From contig CAZATP010000006.1 in assembly GCA_964488095.1 (NCBI GenBank), positions 53,262 to 117,261 on the forward strand: a stretch of 64,000 nt of DNA, written 5' to 3'. The position numbers and the translations under genes are program-made. The notes beneath the pieces are model-generated. The model worked only from the letters and a program-made list of their open reading frames with translations, did not search any database and had not been told where the DNA came from. This document shows, in pieces, positions 45,163 to 54,159 of this stretch. The stretch's first letter is position 1, and each line of letters starts with the position of its first letter. The DNA is from an uncultured Chryseobacterium sp. (GTDB lineage Bacteria; Bacteroidota; Bacteroidia; UBA10329).

Positions 45163-48100
45163 TCAGCGGTTCCTGTAAATCGTCACCGTTCCGCTGATAC
45201 GCTTCGGTTCAAAGGTGTTGAACTGCTTCACGATGAACTGATAAACATACAGTCCGGGACGGACGGGCTCTTGACTTCCTTGATCGCGCCCGTTCCACTG
45301 GCGGTCTGGATTGTCGGTCTGCCAGACGAGTTTGCCCCAGCGGTCATACACCTGAACATTGTAGCTCTCCACCTCGAAATTGGCACCGGATGGACCCCAC
45401 GTGTCATTCAGTCCGTCCCCGTCAGGAGTGAACGCGTTCGGTATGTAGAATGTATATAAGGGATCCACCTCCACGTAGCGGAAGGCAGTGTCCGTACAGC
45501 CATATCTCGGTTCATTCCGGGCGATGAGCATGACCAGATAAACACCGCTGCTGTCATAGTCATGATTGGGATGTTCCTGACTGCTCACTTCCCCATCTCC
45601 GAAGTGCCATTCGTAGGTGAGCGCAGCCTCGCTCTGATTGAAGAACTGCACCGAGGGGTCGTTCATCTCCTCGGGTTTGCTCCGTGTGCTGAAGACCGCC
45701 ACAGGCCTCGGAATCTCGCCCACTGTGGCAGTTCCCTGTGTCTGGCAGCCACCTGCATCGGTCACAGTCACGGAGTATTCACCGGGTGTGAGACCTCTGT
45801 TCCAGCCAGAAGGAGGAACGAGCGTAGACGATATGGAAAGGGAGTCGCGGATGGCCGACCAAACGTAGACGAAGGGAGCGGTGCCACCCAGCATCACCGC
45901 TTGGATGGCACCATTACCAAGCCCACAGGTGTCATCGCCAGCGATCATGTTCACATTGATGGGCAATGGCTGTTGCACAAGCACGGTAGTATCCGACACG
46001 CATCCCAACGCATCGGTTACGGTGACGGTATATGGACCAGGCCCCAGATTCTGGATGGTGGCCGTGGTCGATTGCAGCGCGTTGTCCCACAGATAGCCGT
46101 ACGGAGCGGCCGAACCCGAGCCCGAGGCCGTGGCTGTTCCATTGGTCTGCCCGGCACAGAGAATGTCCGTATGCGAGGCAGTGATCACCGGTAATGGATT
46201 GACGGTCACATTCTGCGTGGTAATGGCCAAACAACCGAATGCAGTTGCGACACCAAGGGTAACAGGATAGGTGCCGGCAGCAGTGTACGTGTACGTTGGG
46301 GAGGTGGTCACCGATGTACCGGTGTTGTCACCGAAATCCCATGCACTTCCTACAATGAGTCCGGAAGCGACCGTGCTCTGATTTGTGAACGTGGTTGCCG
46401 CACCCAAACAGACCGGAGGCGCAGTGAAGGCCGGAACGGGAAGCGGATGGATTGTAATCGGTTGAGAGAAGGTCGCAGCGCAGAGGTCGGTCGTGATCAC
46501 TCCGAGTGTGACGGTGTAGGTGCCCGGGTTCGCAAATGTGAATGTGGGCGATTGTAGCACCGAATTGCCTGCCCCACCGAAGTTCCATGCCCACTGTGCG
46601 ATAGTGGATCCGGTCACGGTGGAGTTGTCGGTGAACGTGGCCACATCTCCCAGACAGACATTCGAGGTCGTGAAATTGGCTGCGGGGTTCGGATACACCA
46701 CCGCCTGACCTGTGAAGACATCGGTGCAGCTCCCAGAGCTTGCCGTCAACGTGACTGTGTAGGTCCCCGCAGAAGCGTAGGTGTGCATCGGGTTCTGAAG
46801 AGTGGACGTGGAATTATCACCGAAGTTCCAGCTCCATCCCGTGAGGTTGCCTGCCGCCACGGTGCTGGCGTCCAAGAACTCGACAGCACTTCCAGCACAG
46901 GCATTCATCACGGTGAAATCTGCAACGGGGTTCACACCTACGATTACCGCTTGGGTCGCGTTGTCTGTGCAGCCCTGATCGCTTGTCACCGTCAGCGATA
47001 CGTTGAAGGAATTGGCGCTGGTATAGGTGTAGATGGGGCTGGCCTGGGCGGCTGTTCCGGTGTTGTCTCCGAAATCCCATGCGTAGGTGGAGATGGAGCC
47101 ACCACCTCCGATAGTGGTCCCATTTGCGAAGGTGGTGCTGGCCCCAAGGCAAACGTTCGGTGCTGTGAAGGCTGCCACGGGCTGCGGATGGACGGTCACC
47201 TGCTGTGTGGAGGTGCCAAAACAGCCATTGGCCGTGCTAACTCCCAAGGATACGGGGAAAGTCCCTGAAGAAGGGAAAGTGAAGGTGGTATTGGTGGCGA
47301 GAACAGGCCCGCTTCCGAAGTCCCACGCACTGACCGCAAAATTTCCCGTAGAGGAGTTTGTGAAGGTCGTTGCCGCGCCTTCGCATTCTGTGGTGAAGGT
47401 GAAATCCGCCACGGGATTGGCCTCAATGTTTATCTGAACTGTGGTCACGGTCGAAACACAACCATTCTCCGTAACCTGTAGCGTCACATTCTTCACCCCG
47501 GGAGTGGCCCAACCCACCTGATAAGGTCCCTGTCCGCTTCCATTCACAGGCACCCCTCCGTCAAAATTCCACGCGTAGGTGGATCCTGGAAGTCCTGAGC
47601 CGGTGTAGGTCACAGTGGCAGGCACGTTGACGCAGGCATTGGCATCGGCCGTGAAGGTGGAGGTGGCTGATGACAGGGTGGTCACCGTGGTCGTCTCGCT
47701 CGCGGAGCAGGAATACCGGTCGGTGACGGTGGCTGTGTAGGCGGTCGTCTGAGCAGGAGTGACTGAGATGTTGGCCCCGGTCTGGCCTGTGTCCCAGGTG
47801 TAGCCATAAGGGGTCGATCCGAGAACTGTGGTGGCAGAAAGGGTAACGGGAGTCCCCGCACAGACGTTGTTGGCGCTCAAAGTGATGGTGATCTCCGGAC
47901 ACAGGTTCACCTCGATGACCGACCGACTGTTGTTGTCGCAGGCAAGGTCATTCCATTGGGCATTGGAGTAGATCTGCACGCACTGTTCTCCATTCTGACA
48001 CTGATAGTCACAACTGCCGAAAGTTCCTGTGTTCTGATAGCCGCTGTTGTTGGGCTCACCACCGGCCCAGTTCTGGTAGATGTTCGGGTCGGCATTGTTC

Positions 48101-48495
48101 GGAGGGAAATTACCTGTGGTGCCATCGCTGGCATACCACAGGTTCTGCCCTGCCCCCACACGTTGGTATCCGATCCAGATGGTGTTGCCGTTGTAAGGGC
48201 TTGCAGCCAAGGCTGCTGCCACGGCTGCATTCTCCGCAGCATCGTTCATCACCACCAGGTTGGCACCCAATGCAGCCGCAGCAGCCTGTGCTGCCCCTGC
48301 CGACTGCGAGGCAGGATTGACAAAGTACATGCTGCAAGGCTGTCCCTGCACCGCAAGGGGCACATAACCAGCACCTGTGAACGTGGCGGTTATCTGTGCG
48401 ATGTCGCACGTGGGAGACTGTCCGCGTGAGTAGAATGGTGACGCCACATAGGCCACCAGAAGCATCAGCAATGAATATCTGGTCAGAATGGACAT
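45163..48495 (-). CDS. Large secreted protein: C-type lectin domain + PKD domains + SprB repeats + T9SS type B (gliding-motility-associated) C-terminal domain
   Basis: Start at the ATG at complement 48493-48495 (MSILTRYSLLMLLVAYVASPFYSRGQ). At least six PKD-like units (e.g. ADFTFTTECEGAATTFTNSS...WDFG). SprB units (CAGQTNGTATASGSGSAAPYGYLWDN). C-terminus IPNAFTPDGDGLNDTW...YDRWGKLVW...GLYVYQFIV... Confidence 0.85.
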   Translation of the reverse strand: MSILTRYSLLMLLVAYVASPFYSRGQSPTCDIAQITATFTGAGYVPLAVQGQPCSMYFVNPASQSAGAAQAAAAALGANLVVMNDAAENAAVAAALAASPYNGNTIWIGYQRVGAGQNLWYASDGTTGNFPPNNADPNIYQNWAGGEPNNSGYQNTGTFGSCDYQCQNGEQCVQIYSNAQWNDLACDNNSRSVIEVNLCPEITITLSANNVCAGTPVTLSATTVLGSTPYGYTWDTGQTGANISVTPAQTTAYTATVTDRYSCSASETTTVTTLSSATSTFTADANACVNVPATVTYTGSGLPGSTYAWNFDGGVPVNGSGQGPYQVGWATPGVKNVTLQVTENGCVSTVTTVQINIEANPVADFTFTTECEGAATTFTNSSTGNFAVSAWDFGSGPVLATNTTFTFPSSGTFPVSLGVSTANGCFGTSTQQVTVHPQPVAAFTAPNVCLGASTTFANGTTIGGGGSISTYAWDFGDNTGTAAQASPIYTYTSANSFNVSLTVTSDQGCTDNATQAVIVGVNPVADFTVMNACAGSAVEFLDASTVAAGNLTGWSWNFGDNSTSTLQNPMHTYASAGTYTVTLTASSGSCTDVFTGQAVVYPNPAANFTTSNVCLGDVATFTDNSTVTGSTIAQWAWNFGGAGNSVLQSPTFTFANPGTYTVTLGVITTDLCAATFSQPITIHPLPVPAFTAPPVCLGAATTFTNQSTVASGLIVGSAWDFGDNTGTSVTTSPTYTYTAAGTYPVTLGVATAFGCLAITTQNVTVNPLPVITASHTDILCAGQTNGTATASGSGSAAPYGYLWDNALQSTTATIQNLGPGPYTVTVTDALGCVSDTTVLVQQPLPINVNMIAGDDTCGLGNGAIQAVMLGGTAPFVYVWSAIRDSLSISSTLVPPSGWNRGLTPGEYSVTVTDAGGCQTQGTATVGEIPRPVAVFSTRSKPEEMNDPSVQFFNQSEAALTYEWHFGDGEVSSQEHPNHDYDSSGVYLVMLIARNEPRYGCTDTAFRYVEVDPLYTFYIPNAFTPDGDGLNDTWGPSGANFEVESYNVQVYDRWGKLVWQTDNPDRQWNGRDQGSQEPVRPGLYVYQFIVKQFNTFEPKRISGTVTIYRNR
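47930..48415 (-). other. C-type lectin-like domain with EPN and WND motifs (domain of the 45163-48495 protein)
   Basis: WIGYQRV...WYASDG...YQNWAGGEPNN (EPN codons at 48049-48057)...EQCVQIYSNAQWNDLAC (WND codons at 47947-47955). Confidence 0.75.
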
Positions 48496-48575
48496 GAATG
48501 CTGGAAATTCACTGAATCTGAGGATAATGATATGCAAAGGACGCGGACATGCACTTGATGTTGCCTTGAACAGAC

Positions 48576-49592
48576 TTATTGACCTGCCATCTGTTTCACA
48601 TAGGCCACAAGATCCTCAATCTGACTGTCAGTCAGTTTTTCATTGGAATAGATGGGCATATACTGCGGAGTTCGGCTCTTCGGGGGTGTGCCCTTACGGC
48701 AGATCCAGTAGATGGAGCCACCATTGTTCTTCGGCAGATAGCTCATGAGCCAAGTAGCATCCTTCTGTCCTTTCTCAGTGCCGAATATGGTTTTTGTCAC
48801 ACCGTTCTCCTTGTGACAGTGCATGCAGCTTTTCTCGTAGATGAACTTGCCCTTGGTCACATCCCCTTTAGCGCCCATAGCGCGGGTTTCCAACGGCAAT
48901 GGGTCGAGGAAGGTGGCAGGCACTGCATCCAGATATTTCGACTTGATAAGGGCGATAGCTGCTGCCTTGTCGGCACCGGACTTTATCGTGCCCAGCTCAT
49001 CGGCCGAGAGGGCAAGGTCGCTCACCTTCAACTGCAGCGTGGTGATGTAATGCATCACGGCCTCCAGTTCCCATTCCTCCAGATAGCGGCCCGAGGAACA
49101 TTCGCGTGAGCAGAGTTGCACAGCGTTGTGGAGGTCGTGGTTGGCAGGTTTCACCAGGTCACCATATTTCTTGATATGGTCACCATTGAACCAGCCCGTT
49201 CTGTTCACCATGCCCCAGAAAGTGGAGCCGGGCAGGTAGGGAATGTTCTTCTCCATAGCGAATCGCAGCCGCACATCGGGGTCGTTCTCCAGCGCGTTAG
49301 GAGCCTCTGGGCCGATGTTGTGGCAGTCCGTGCAGACGAAGAACTCGGAGACCTTCTTGCTCCGAGTGCCATCCGCGAGAGTGGTGTTGCCCTTCAGCAC
49401 GATCTCTTCGCCCATGGCCACCTTTTTCGGGTCAACATCCTGTATGAAATGCTTCTGCGGGGCATCTCCCAAAGAGATCAGCAGTTCTGCAACTGGCGTA
49501 TCACCCGAGACCGGCATTTCTGCCGGCAGCAGACTCATCATGCCGAATCCAGCGGTGGCCAGAATTCCAACGGTCATCATTGCTTTCATCAT
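48576..49592 (-). CDS. Di-haem c-type cytochrome, exported
   Basis: Two CxxCH motifs (CTDCH, CMHCH). Signal-like MMKAMMTVGILATAGFGMMS. The track start at 49598 is a GTG, and ATG codons follow at 49592 and 49589. Confidence 0.7.
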   Translation of the reverse strand: MMKAMMTVGILATAGFGMMSLLPAEMPVSGDTPVAELLISLGDAPQKHFIQDVDPKKVAMGEEIVLKGNTTLADGTRSKKVSEFFVCTDCHNIGPEAPNALENDPDVRLRFAMEKNIPYLPGSTFWGMVNRTGWFNGDHIKKYGDLVKPANHDLHNAVQLCSRECSSGRYLEEWELEAVMHYITTLQLKVSDLALSADELGTIKSGADKAAAIALIKSKYLDAVPATFLDPLPLETRAMGAKGDVTKGKFIYEKSCMHCHKENGVTKTIFGTEKGQKDATWLMSYLPKNNGGSIYWICRKGTPPKSRTPQYMPIYSNEKLTDSQIEDLVAYVKQMAGQ

Positions 49593-49694
49593 ATTCACTC
49601 CTTTTAATCGGATTCAAGGATAGGCAAAAAGTCGGGGAGGTGAAGTTCGTGCTGAAACTTGACCTGTCAGGTTTCCCGATGTGGGTGTACTGAC

Positions 49695-49702
49695 TACTTT
49701 TG
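49695..49702 (+). promoter_or_regulatory. Bacteroidota -7 promoter box (TACTTTTG) for apbC
   Basis: Exact TAnnTTTG, 9 nt before the ATG at 49712. The track's TTG start (49700) lies inside the box. Confidence 0.5.
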
Positions 49703-49711
49703 GCGTTTAGA

Positions 49712-50815
49712 ATGAGTCTAAATAAGGAATCCATAGAAAAGGCCCTTTCGCAGGTGCCGTCACCCGCAGGCAGCGTGATGCTGACCCACAGCGGTGAGCT
49801 GAAGAATATTCAGGTGTTTGGCAACGAGGTCGACATCGACCTTGAGATCCGCAACCCAGCGCTCCATGTGCGAAAGCGCTTGGAAGAACAGGTGCAGGCT
49901 GCCATTGCCAAGGCATTCGGCAGCGAGGTGAGACTCAAGGTCAACATCACGGCTAAAGCCCCTGAGCAGACCGCCAAGGGTCCAGAGTCGATGCGTGGTG
50001 TGAAGAACATCATCGCTGTGGCATCGGGCAAGGGTGGTGTGGGCAAGAGCACCGTTACAGCCAATCTGGCCCTCGGCCTGGCCGAACTGGGCTACAAGGT
50101 GGGTCTGGTGGATACCGACATCTACGGTCCTTCTATGCCCATCATGTTCGATGTGGTGCATGAGAGGCCCAAAGGAGAGGTCATTGATGGCAAGCAGTAC
50201 ATCATTCCTGTGGAAAGCCATGGAGTGAAGCTGTTGAGCATCGGATTCTTTGCCGATTCTAACCAGGCCATCGTCTGGCGTGGCCCGATGGCCACCAAAG
50301 CCATCAACCAGCTGTTCGCTGACGCTTGGTGGGGAGACCTCGATTATATGGTGCTCGATCTGCCCCCTGGCACGGGCGATATCCACCTCACACTTGTTCA
50401 GGCGGTGCAGATCACTGGTGTGGTAGTGGTGAGCACCCCGCAGGAGATTGCTCTCGCAGATGCTCGAAAGGGCGTAGCGATGTTCCAACTGCCAAGTATC
50501 AATGTTCCTGTGCTGGGATTGGTGGAGAACATGGCGTGGTTCACTCCCGCAGAACTGCCGAACAACCGCTATTACATCTTCGGGAAGGAAGGGACGAAAG
50601 GACTGGCCGAGCAGATGAATGTGCCGCTGTTGGGTCAAATACCGCTGGTGCAGAGCATCCGCGAGGCGGGCGATGCGGGCCGTCCGGCCATTCTGCAGGG
50701 CAGCACGCCAGCTGCCAATGCTTTCCGTGAGATGACAAAGAATGTGGTGGAACAGGTGGAACAGCGCAATGTGAGCCTGCCTCCCACGCAACGACTTGTG
50801 ACCCCATCCGCATGA
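49712..50815 (+). CDS. apbC: Mrp/NBP35-family iron-sulfur cluster carrier ATPase
   Basis: IAVASGKGGVGKST deviant Walker A, DLPPGTGD, and an N-terminal MIP18-like domain. Confidence 0.9.
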   Translation: MSLNKESIEKALSQVPSPAGSVMLTHSGELKNIQVFGNEVDIDLEIRNPALHVRKRLEEQVQAAIAKAFGSEVRLKVNITAKAPEQTAKGPESMRGVKNIIAVASGKGGVGKSTVTANLALGLAELGYKVGLVDTDIYGPSMPIMFDVVHERPKGEVIDGKQYIIPVESHGVKLLSIGFFADSNQAIVWRGPMATKAINQLFADAWWGDLDYMVLDLPPGTGDIHLTLVQAVQITGVVVVSTPQEIALADARKGVAMFQLPSINVPVLGLVENMAWFTPAELPNNRYYIFGKEGTKGLAEQMNVPLLGQIPLVQSIREAGDAGRPAILQGSTPAANAFREMTKNVVEQVEQRNVSLPPTQRLVTPSA

Positions 50816-51075
50816 CCATGACCACTGTGCATAACGACCCTCAGCTCATTTCCAAGGTGGAGGCGGCAATTACGACCATGCGTCCGTTCTTCGAGGCGGA
50901 TGGTGGTGATATGCGACTGGTGGACATCACAGAGGACATGGTGGCCCGTGTGCAGCTCATCGGCTCCTGCCGCGATTGTCAGATGCGCGAGATGACGCTC
51001 AAAGGCGGGGTGGAAGAGGCCGTGAGGCGTGCGGCCCCCGAGATTGTGGCTGTGCAGGCATATGAGGGTCTGTGA
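50812..51075 (+). CDS. NifU-like (Nfu C-terminal domain) Fe-S assembly protein
   Basis: 87 aa. FFEADGGDMRLVDI...GSCRDCQM (CxxC). The ATG overlaps the apbC TGA (ATGA). Confidence 0.8.
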   Translation: MTMTTVHNDPQLISKVEAAITTMRPFFEADGGDMRLVDITEDMVARVQLIGSCRDCQMREMTLKGGVEEAVRRAAPEIVAVQAYEGL

Positions 51076-51167
51076 ATCCTGTTCAAAGGCGGAAAGCTGC
51101 TCCGAACCTCGTCCGAATTGTCCCCCGCGCGTCCAGTGAGGCCCGTTCCATGCCTCTGATATGAAAC

Positions 51168-51175
51168 TACTTTTG
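51168..51175 (+). promoter_or_regulatory. Bacteroidota -7 promoter box (TACTTTTG) for korA
   Basis: Exact TAnnTTTG, 20 nt upstream of the ATG at 51196. Confidence 0.5.
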
Positions 51176-51195
51176 CAGCCATTTTCAACGGATCA

Positions 51196-53040
51196 ATGTC
51201 CCATACGATAGAGAAGGCCAAGGAGATCACCATCCTGTTCGCAGGTGACTCCGGAGACGGTATCCAGCTTACCGGAACCCAGTTCACAGACACCAATGCG
51301 CTGTTCGGCAACGACCTGAGCACTTTCCCGAATTTTCCTGCTGAGATACGCGCCCCACAGGGCACACTGGCCGGGGTCTCGGGTTTTCAATTGCATTTCG
51401 GCAGTGTGGAGATTTTCACTCCGGGCGATGAGTGCGATGCGCTCGTTGTGATGAACGCAGCAGGCCTCAAGGCGAACCTGCGGCTTTTGAAGAAAGGGGG
51501 CATTGTCATCCTCAACACCGATGGTTTCGATGCCAAGAACCTTCGTTTGGCAAAGTATCCGGAAGGGGCGAATCCGTTGGAGGATGGAACCCTCAATGGC
51601 TACACGGTCTATCCGATAGACGTGACGAAGCTGACCCGCGAATGTCTCAAGGACAGTGGTCTCAGCACGCGCGACATCGACCGAAGTAAGAACATGTTCG
51701 TGCTCGGTTTCGTGCTATGGATGTACGACCGTTCGCTCGACCACACCATCGATTTCCTCAAGGAGAAATTCAAGAAGAAGCCCGAACTCATTGGTTTCAA
51801 CACGCAGGTGCTGCAGGCGGGCTATAACTATGGCGACACCATCGAGGCGCCTACCTCACGCTTCAGTGTGGATAAGGCCCCGATGCAGAAGGGCACTTAC
51901 CGAAATATCACTGGTAACATCGCTGCTGCGCTCGGACTCATTGCAGCAGGCAGTCGCTCTGGGTTGGAGGTCTTCTACGGCAGTTATCCGATCACGCCAG
52001 CCTCAGACATCCTGCACGAGCTGGCACGTCACAAGAATTTCAATGTAAAGACCTTTCAGGCAGAGGACGAGATTGCGGCCATCAGTGCAGCCATCGGTGC
52101 ATCGTTCGGGGGTGCGCTGGGTATTACGGCCAGCAGCGGGCCGGGCATCGCGCTCAAAGGCGAGGCCATCGGATTGGCGCTTATGCTCGAATTGCCATTG
52201 GTTATTGTGAATGTGCAGCGCGGTGGACCATCCACAGGACTTCCTACGAAAACGGAGCAATCCGACCTGTTGCAGGCCATGATGGGCCGCAATGGCGAGG
52301 CGCCTGTGGCCGTGGTTGCTGCTGCCACGCCAGCCGATTGCTTCACCATGGCGTTTGAGGCGTGTCGCATCGCGGTGCAGCACATGACGCCCGTGTTCTT
52401 CCTTTCTGACGGCTACTTGGCCAATGGTTCTGAGCCTTGGAAATTCCCGAAGGCGGAAGAGCTGCCCTCGTTCAAAGGTGACTTCGCCACGGCCGATGAC
52501 CTTGTGGACGGGACGTTCCATCCCTACAGACGCAATGCCGCATTGGTGCGCAAATGGGCAGTTCCGGGTGTTGCAGGATTGGAACATCGTGTGGGCGGCA
52601 TCGAGAAGGAGGACGGAACGGGAAACATCAGCTACGACCCGAAGAACCACGAGCACATGGTGCATACCCGCGCCAAGAAAGTGGCCAACATTGCCGACAA
52701 CATTCCCTTGCAGGAAATTGAATTGGGCGATACCACAGGCAAAGTGCTTGTGTTGGGCTGGGGATCGACATTCGGAGCCATCAAGGCGGCTGTGAAGGAG
52801 CTGCGTGAAGAAGGCCATGCCGTTTCGCATGCCCATGTGCGCTACCTCAATCCGTTCCCAAAGAATCTGGAAGAGGTGATGAAGGGTTTTGAGAAAGTGC
52901 TCATTCCAGAAATGAACATGGGCCAATTGCGGATGCTTATCCGTGCCGAATTCCTTGTTCCTGCTATCGGGCTGAACAAGGTGCAGGGAATGCCGTTCAC
53001 CAAGAACGAGGTGAAGAACAAGGTGCTGGAATTGCTGTAA
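51196..53040 (+). CDS. korA: 2-oxoglutarate/2-oxoacid:ferredoxin oxidoreductase, alpha subunit
   Basis: 614 aa. ILFAGDSGDGIQLTG, YPITPASDILHEL, FQAEDEIAAISAAIGASFGG. Confidence 0.9.
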   Translation: MSHTIEKAKEITILFAGDSGDGIQLTGTQFTDTNALFGNDLSTFPNFPAEIRAPQGTLAGVSGFQLHFGSVEIFTPGDECDALVVMNAAGLKANLRLLKKGGIVILNTDGFDAKNLRLAKYPEGANPLEDGTLNGYTVYPIDVTKLTRECLKDSGLSTRDIDRSKNMFVLGFVLWMYDRSLDHTIDFLKEKFKKKPELIGFNTQVLQAGYNYGDTIEAPTSRFSVDKAPMQKGTYRNITGNIAAALGLIAAGSRSGLEVFYGSYPITPASDILHELARHKNFNVKTFQAEDEIAAISAAIGASFGGALGITASSGPGIALKGEAIGLALMLELPLVIVNVQRGGPSTGLPTKTEQSDLLQAMMGRNGEAPVAVVAAATPADCFTMAFEACRIAVQHMTPVFFLSDGYLANGSEPWKFPKAEELPSFKGDFATADDLVDGTFHPYRRNAALVRKWAVPGVAGLEHRVGGIEKEDGTGNISYDPKNHEHMVHTRAKKVANIADNIPLQEIELGDTTGKVLVLGWGSTFGAIKAAVKELREEGHAVSHAHVRYLNPFPKNLEEVMKGFEKVLIPEMNMGQLRMLIRAEFLVPAIGLNKVQGMPFTKNEVKNKVLELL

Positions 53041-53065
53041 ACAGCGCTCAATACAGGAAAAGACC

Positions 53066-54091
53066 ATGCAGGAGACACTATCATCACCATTGACATCCAA
53101 GCAGCTTGAGACCGACCAGGAGGTTCGCTGGTGCCCAGGATGCGGAGACTATTCCATCCTGAAACAAGTACAGAACGTGATTCCCGAACTGGGCCTGAAA
53201 CGCGAAGAGATCGTGTTCGTGTCCGGTATCGGGTGTTCGAGCCGGTTCCCGTATTACATGAACACCTACGGAATGCACAGCATCCACGGCCGCGCTCCGA
53301 GCGTGGTGAGCGGGCTGAAGGCTGTGCGTCCCGAGCTGAGCGTGTGGATCATCACAGGCGATGGCGACTCGATGTCCATTGGGGGCAATCACCTCATTCA
53401 CATGTTGCGCAGGAACTTCGACACGAACATTCTGCTGTTCAATAACCAGATCTATGGATTGACGAAAGGCCAGTATTCGCCAACCTCAGAAGAGGGCAAG
53501 CTTACCAAGAGCACGCCTATGGGCTCGTTGGACCATCCGTTCAACCCTGCCGCATTGGCGTTGGGTGCAGAGGCCACCTTCTTTGCCCGCACCATGGATC
53601 GTGACCCGAAGCATTTGCGCGATGTGCTGAAAGTGGCGAACGACCATAAGGGCGCGTCTTTAGTTGAGATCTACCAGAACTGCAACGTGTTCAACGATGG
53701 TGCTTTCTTCGGAATGACGGACAAGGACACCAAGTTGGAGCAGACGCTGTTTGTAGAACAAGGCAAGCCTCTGATCTATGGGCCGCAGCGAGAATGGGGC
53801 ATTGTTTTCGATGGGCTGACACCACGCAAGGTGGCCACATCAGAAGTGAGCGCCAACGACCTGTGGATCCATGATGACCGCGACCGCGTGAAGGCCAACA
53901 TTCTCGCCCGCTTCTTTGGTGACCCGACCGTGGAGGGCAACTTCCCACGTCCGTTCGGAGTGTTCTATCAAGCGCAGCGTGCCACGCATGATGACCTCAT
54001 CAATGCGCAGGTGAACCGCGCCAAAGAGGCATTCGGAGCAGGCGACCTGGACAAGTTGCTGAGCGGACGGAACACTTGGACGATTGCTTAA
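53066..54091 (+). CDS. korB: 2-oxoglutarate/2-oxoacid:ferredoxin oxidoreductase, beta subunit (TPP-binding)
   Basis: 341 aa. WCPGCGDYSIL, GIGCSSRF, TGDGDSMSIGGNHL, NNQIYGLTKGQ. Confidence 0.9.
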   Translation: MQETLSSPLTSKQLETDQEVRWCPGCGDYSILKQVQNVIPELGLKREEIVFVSGIGCSSRFPYYMNTYGMHSIHGRAPSVVSGLKAVRPELSVWIITGDGDSMSIGGNHLIHMLRRNFDTNILLFNNQIYGLTKGQYSPTSEEGKLTKSTPMGSLDHPFNPAALALGAEATFFARTMDRDPKHLRDVLKVANDHKGASLVEIYQNCNVFNDGAFFGMTDKDTKLEQTLFVEQGKPLIYGPQREWGIVFDGLTPRKVATSEVSANDLWIHDDRDRVKANILARFFGDPTVEGNFPRPFGVFYQAQRATHDDLINAQVNRAKEAFGAGDLDKLLSGRNTWTIA

Positions 54092-54115
54092 TTTCTTGTT
54101 GGAGGAGCAATGCAG

Positions 54116-54152
54116 AAAGGGCCGATGGATTTGTTCCATCGGCCCTTTTTTT
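54116..54152 (+). terminator. Rho-independent terminator after korB (between convergent korB and ispG)
   Basis: AAAGGGCCGATGGA (54116-54129) pairs with TCCATCGGCCCTTT (54135-54148), loop 5 nt, and the T-run continues to 54152. Confidence 0.8.
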
Positions 54153-54159
54153 CAACTTT

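Noticed and set aside
47930-48415. C-type lectin fold as a possible diversity-generating retroelement (DGR) target
   Set aside because: There is no reverse transcriptase gene, and no template repeat was noticed in the window. The lectin domain is N-terminal, not the C-terminal variable region typical of DGR targets. A full repeat search was not possible by eye.
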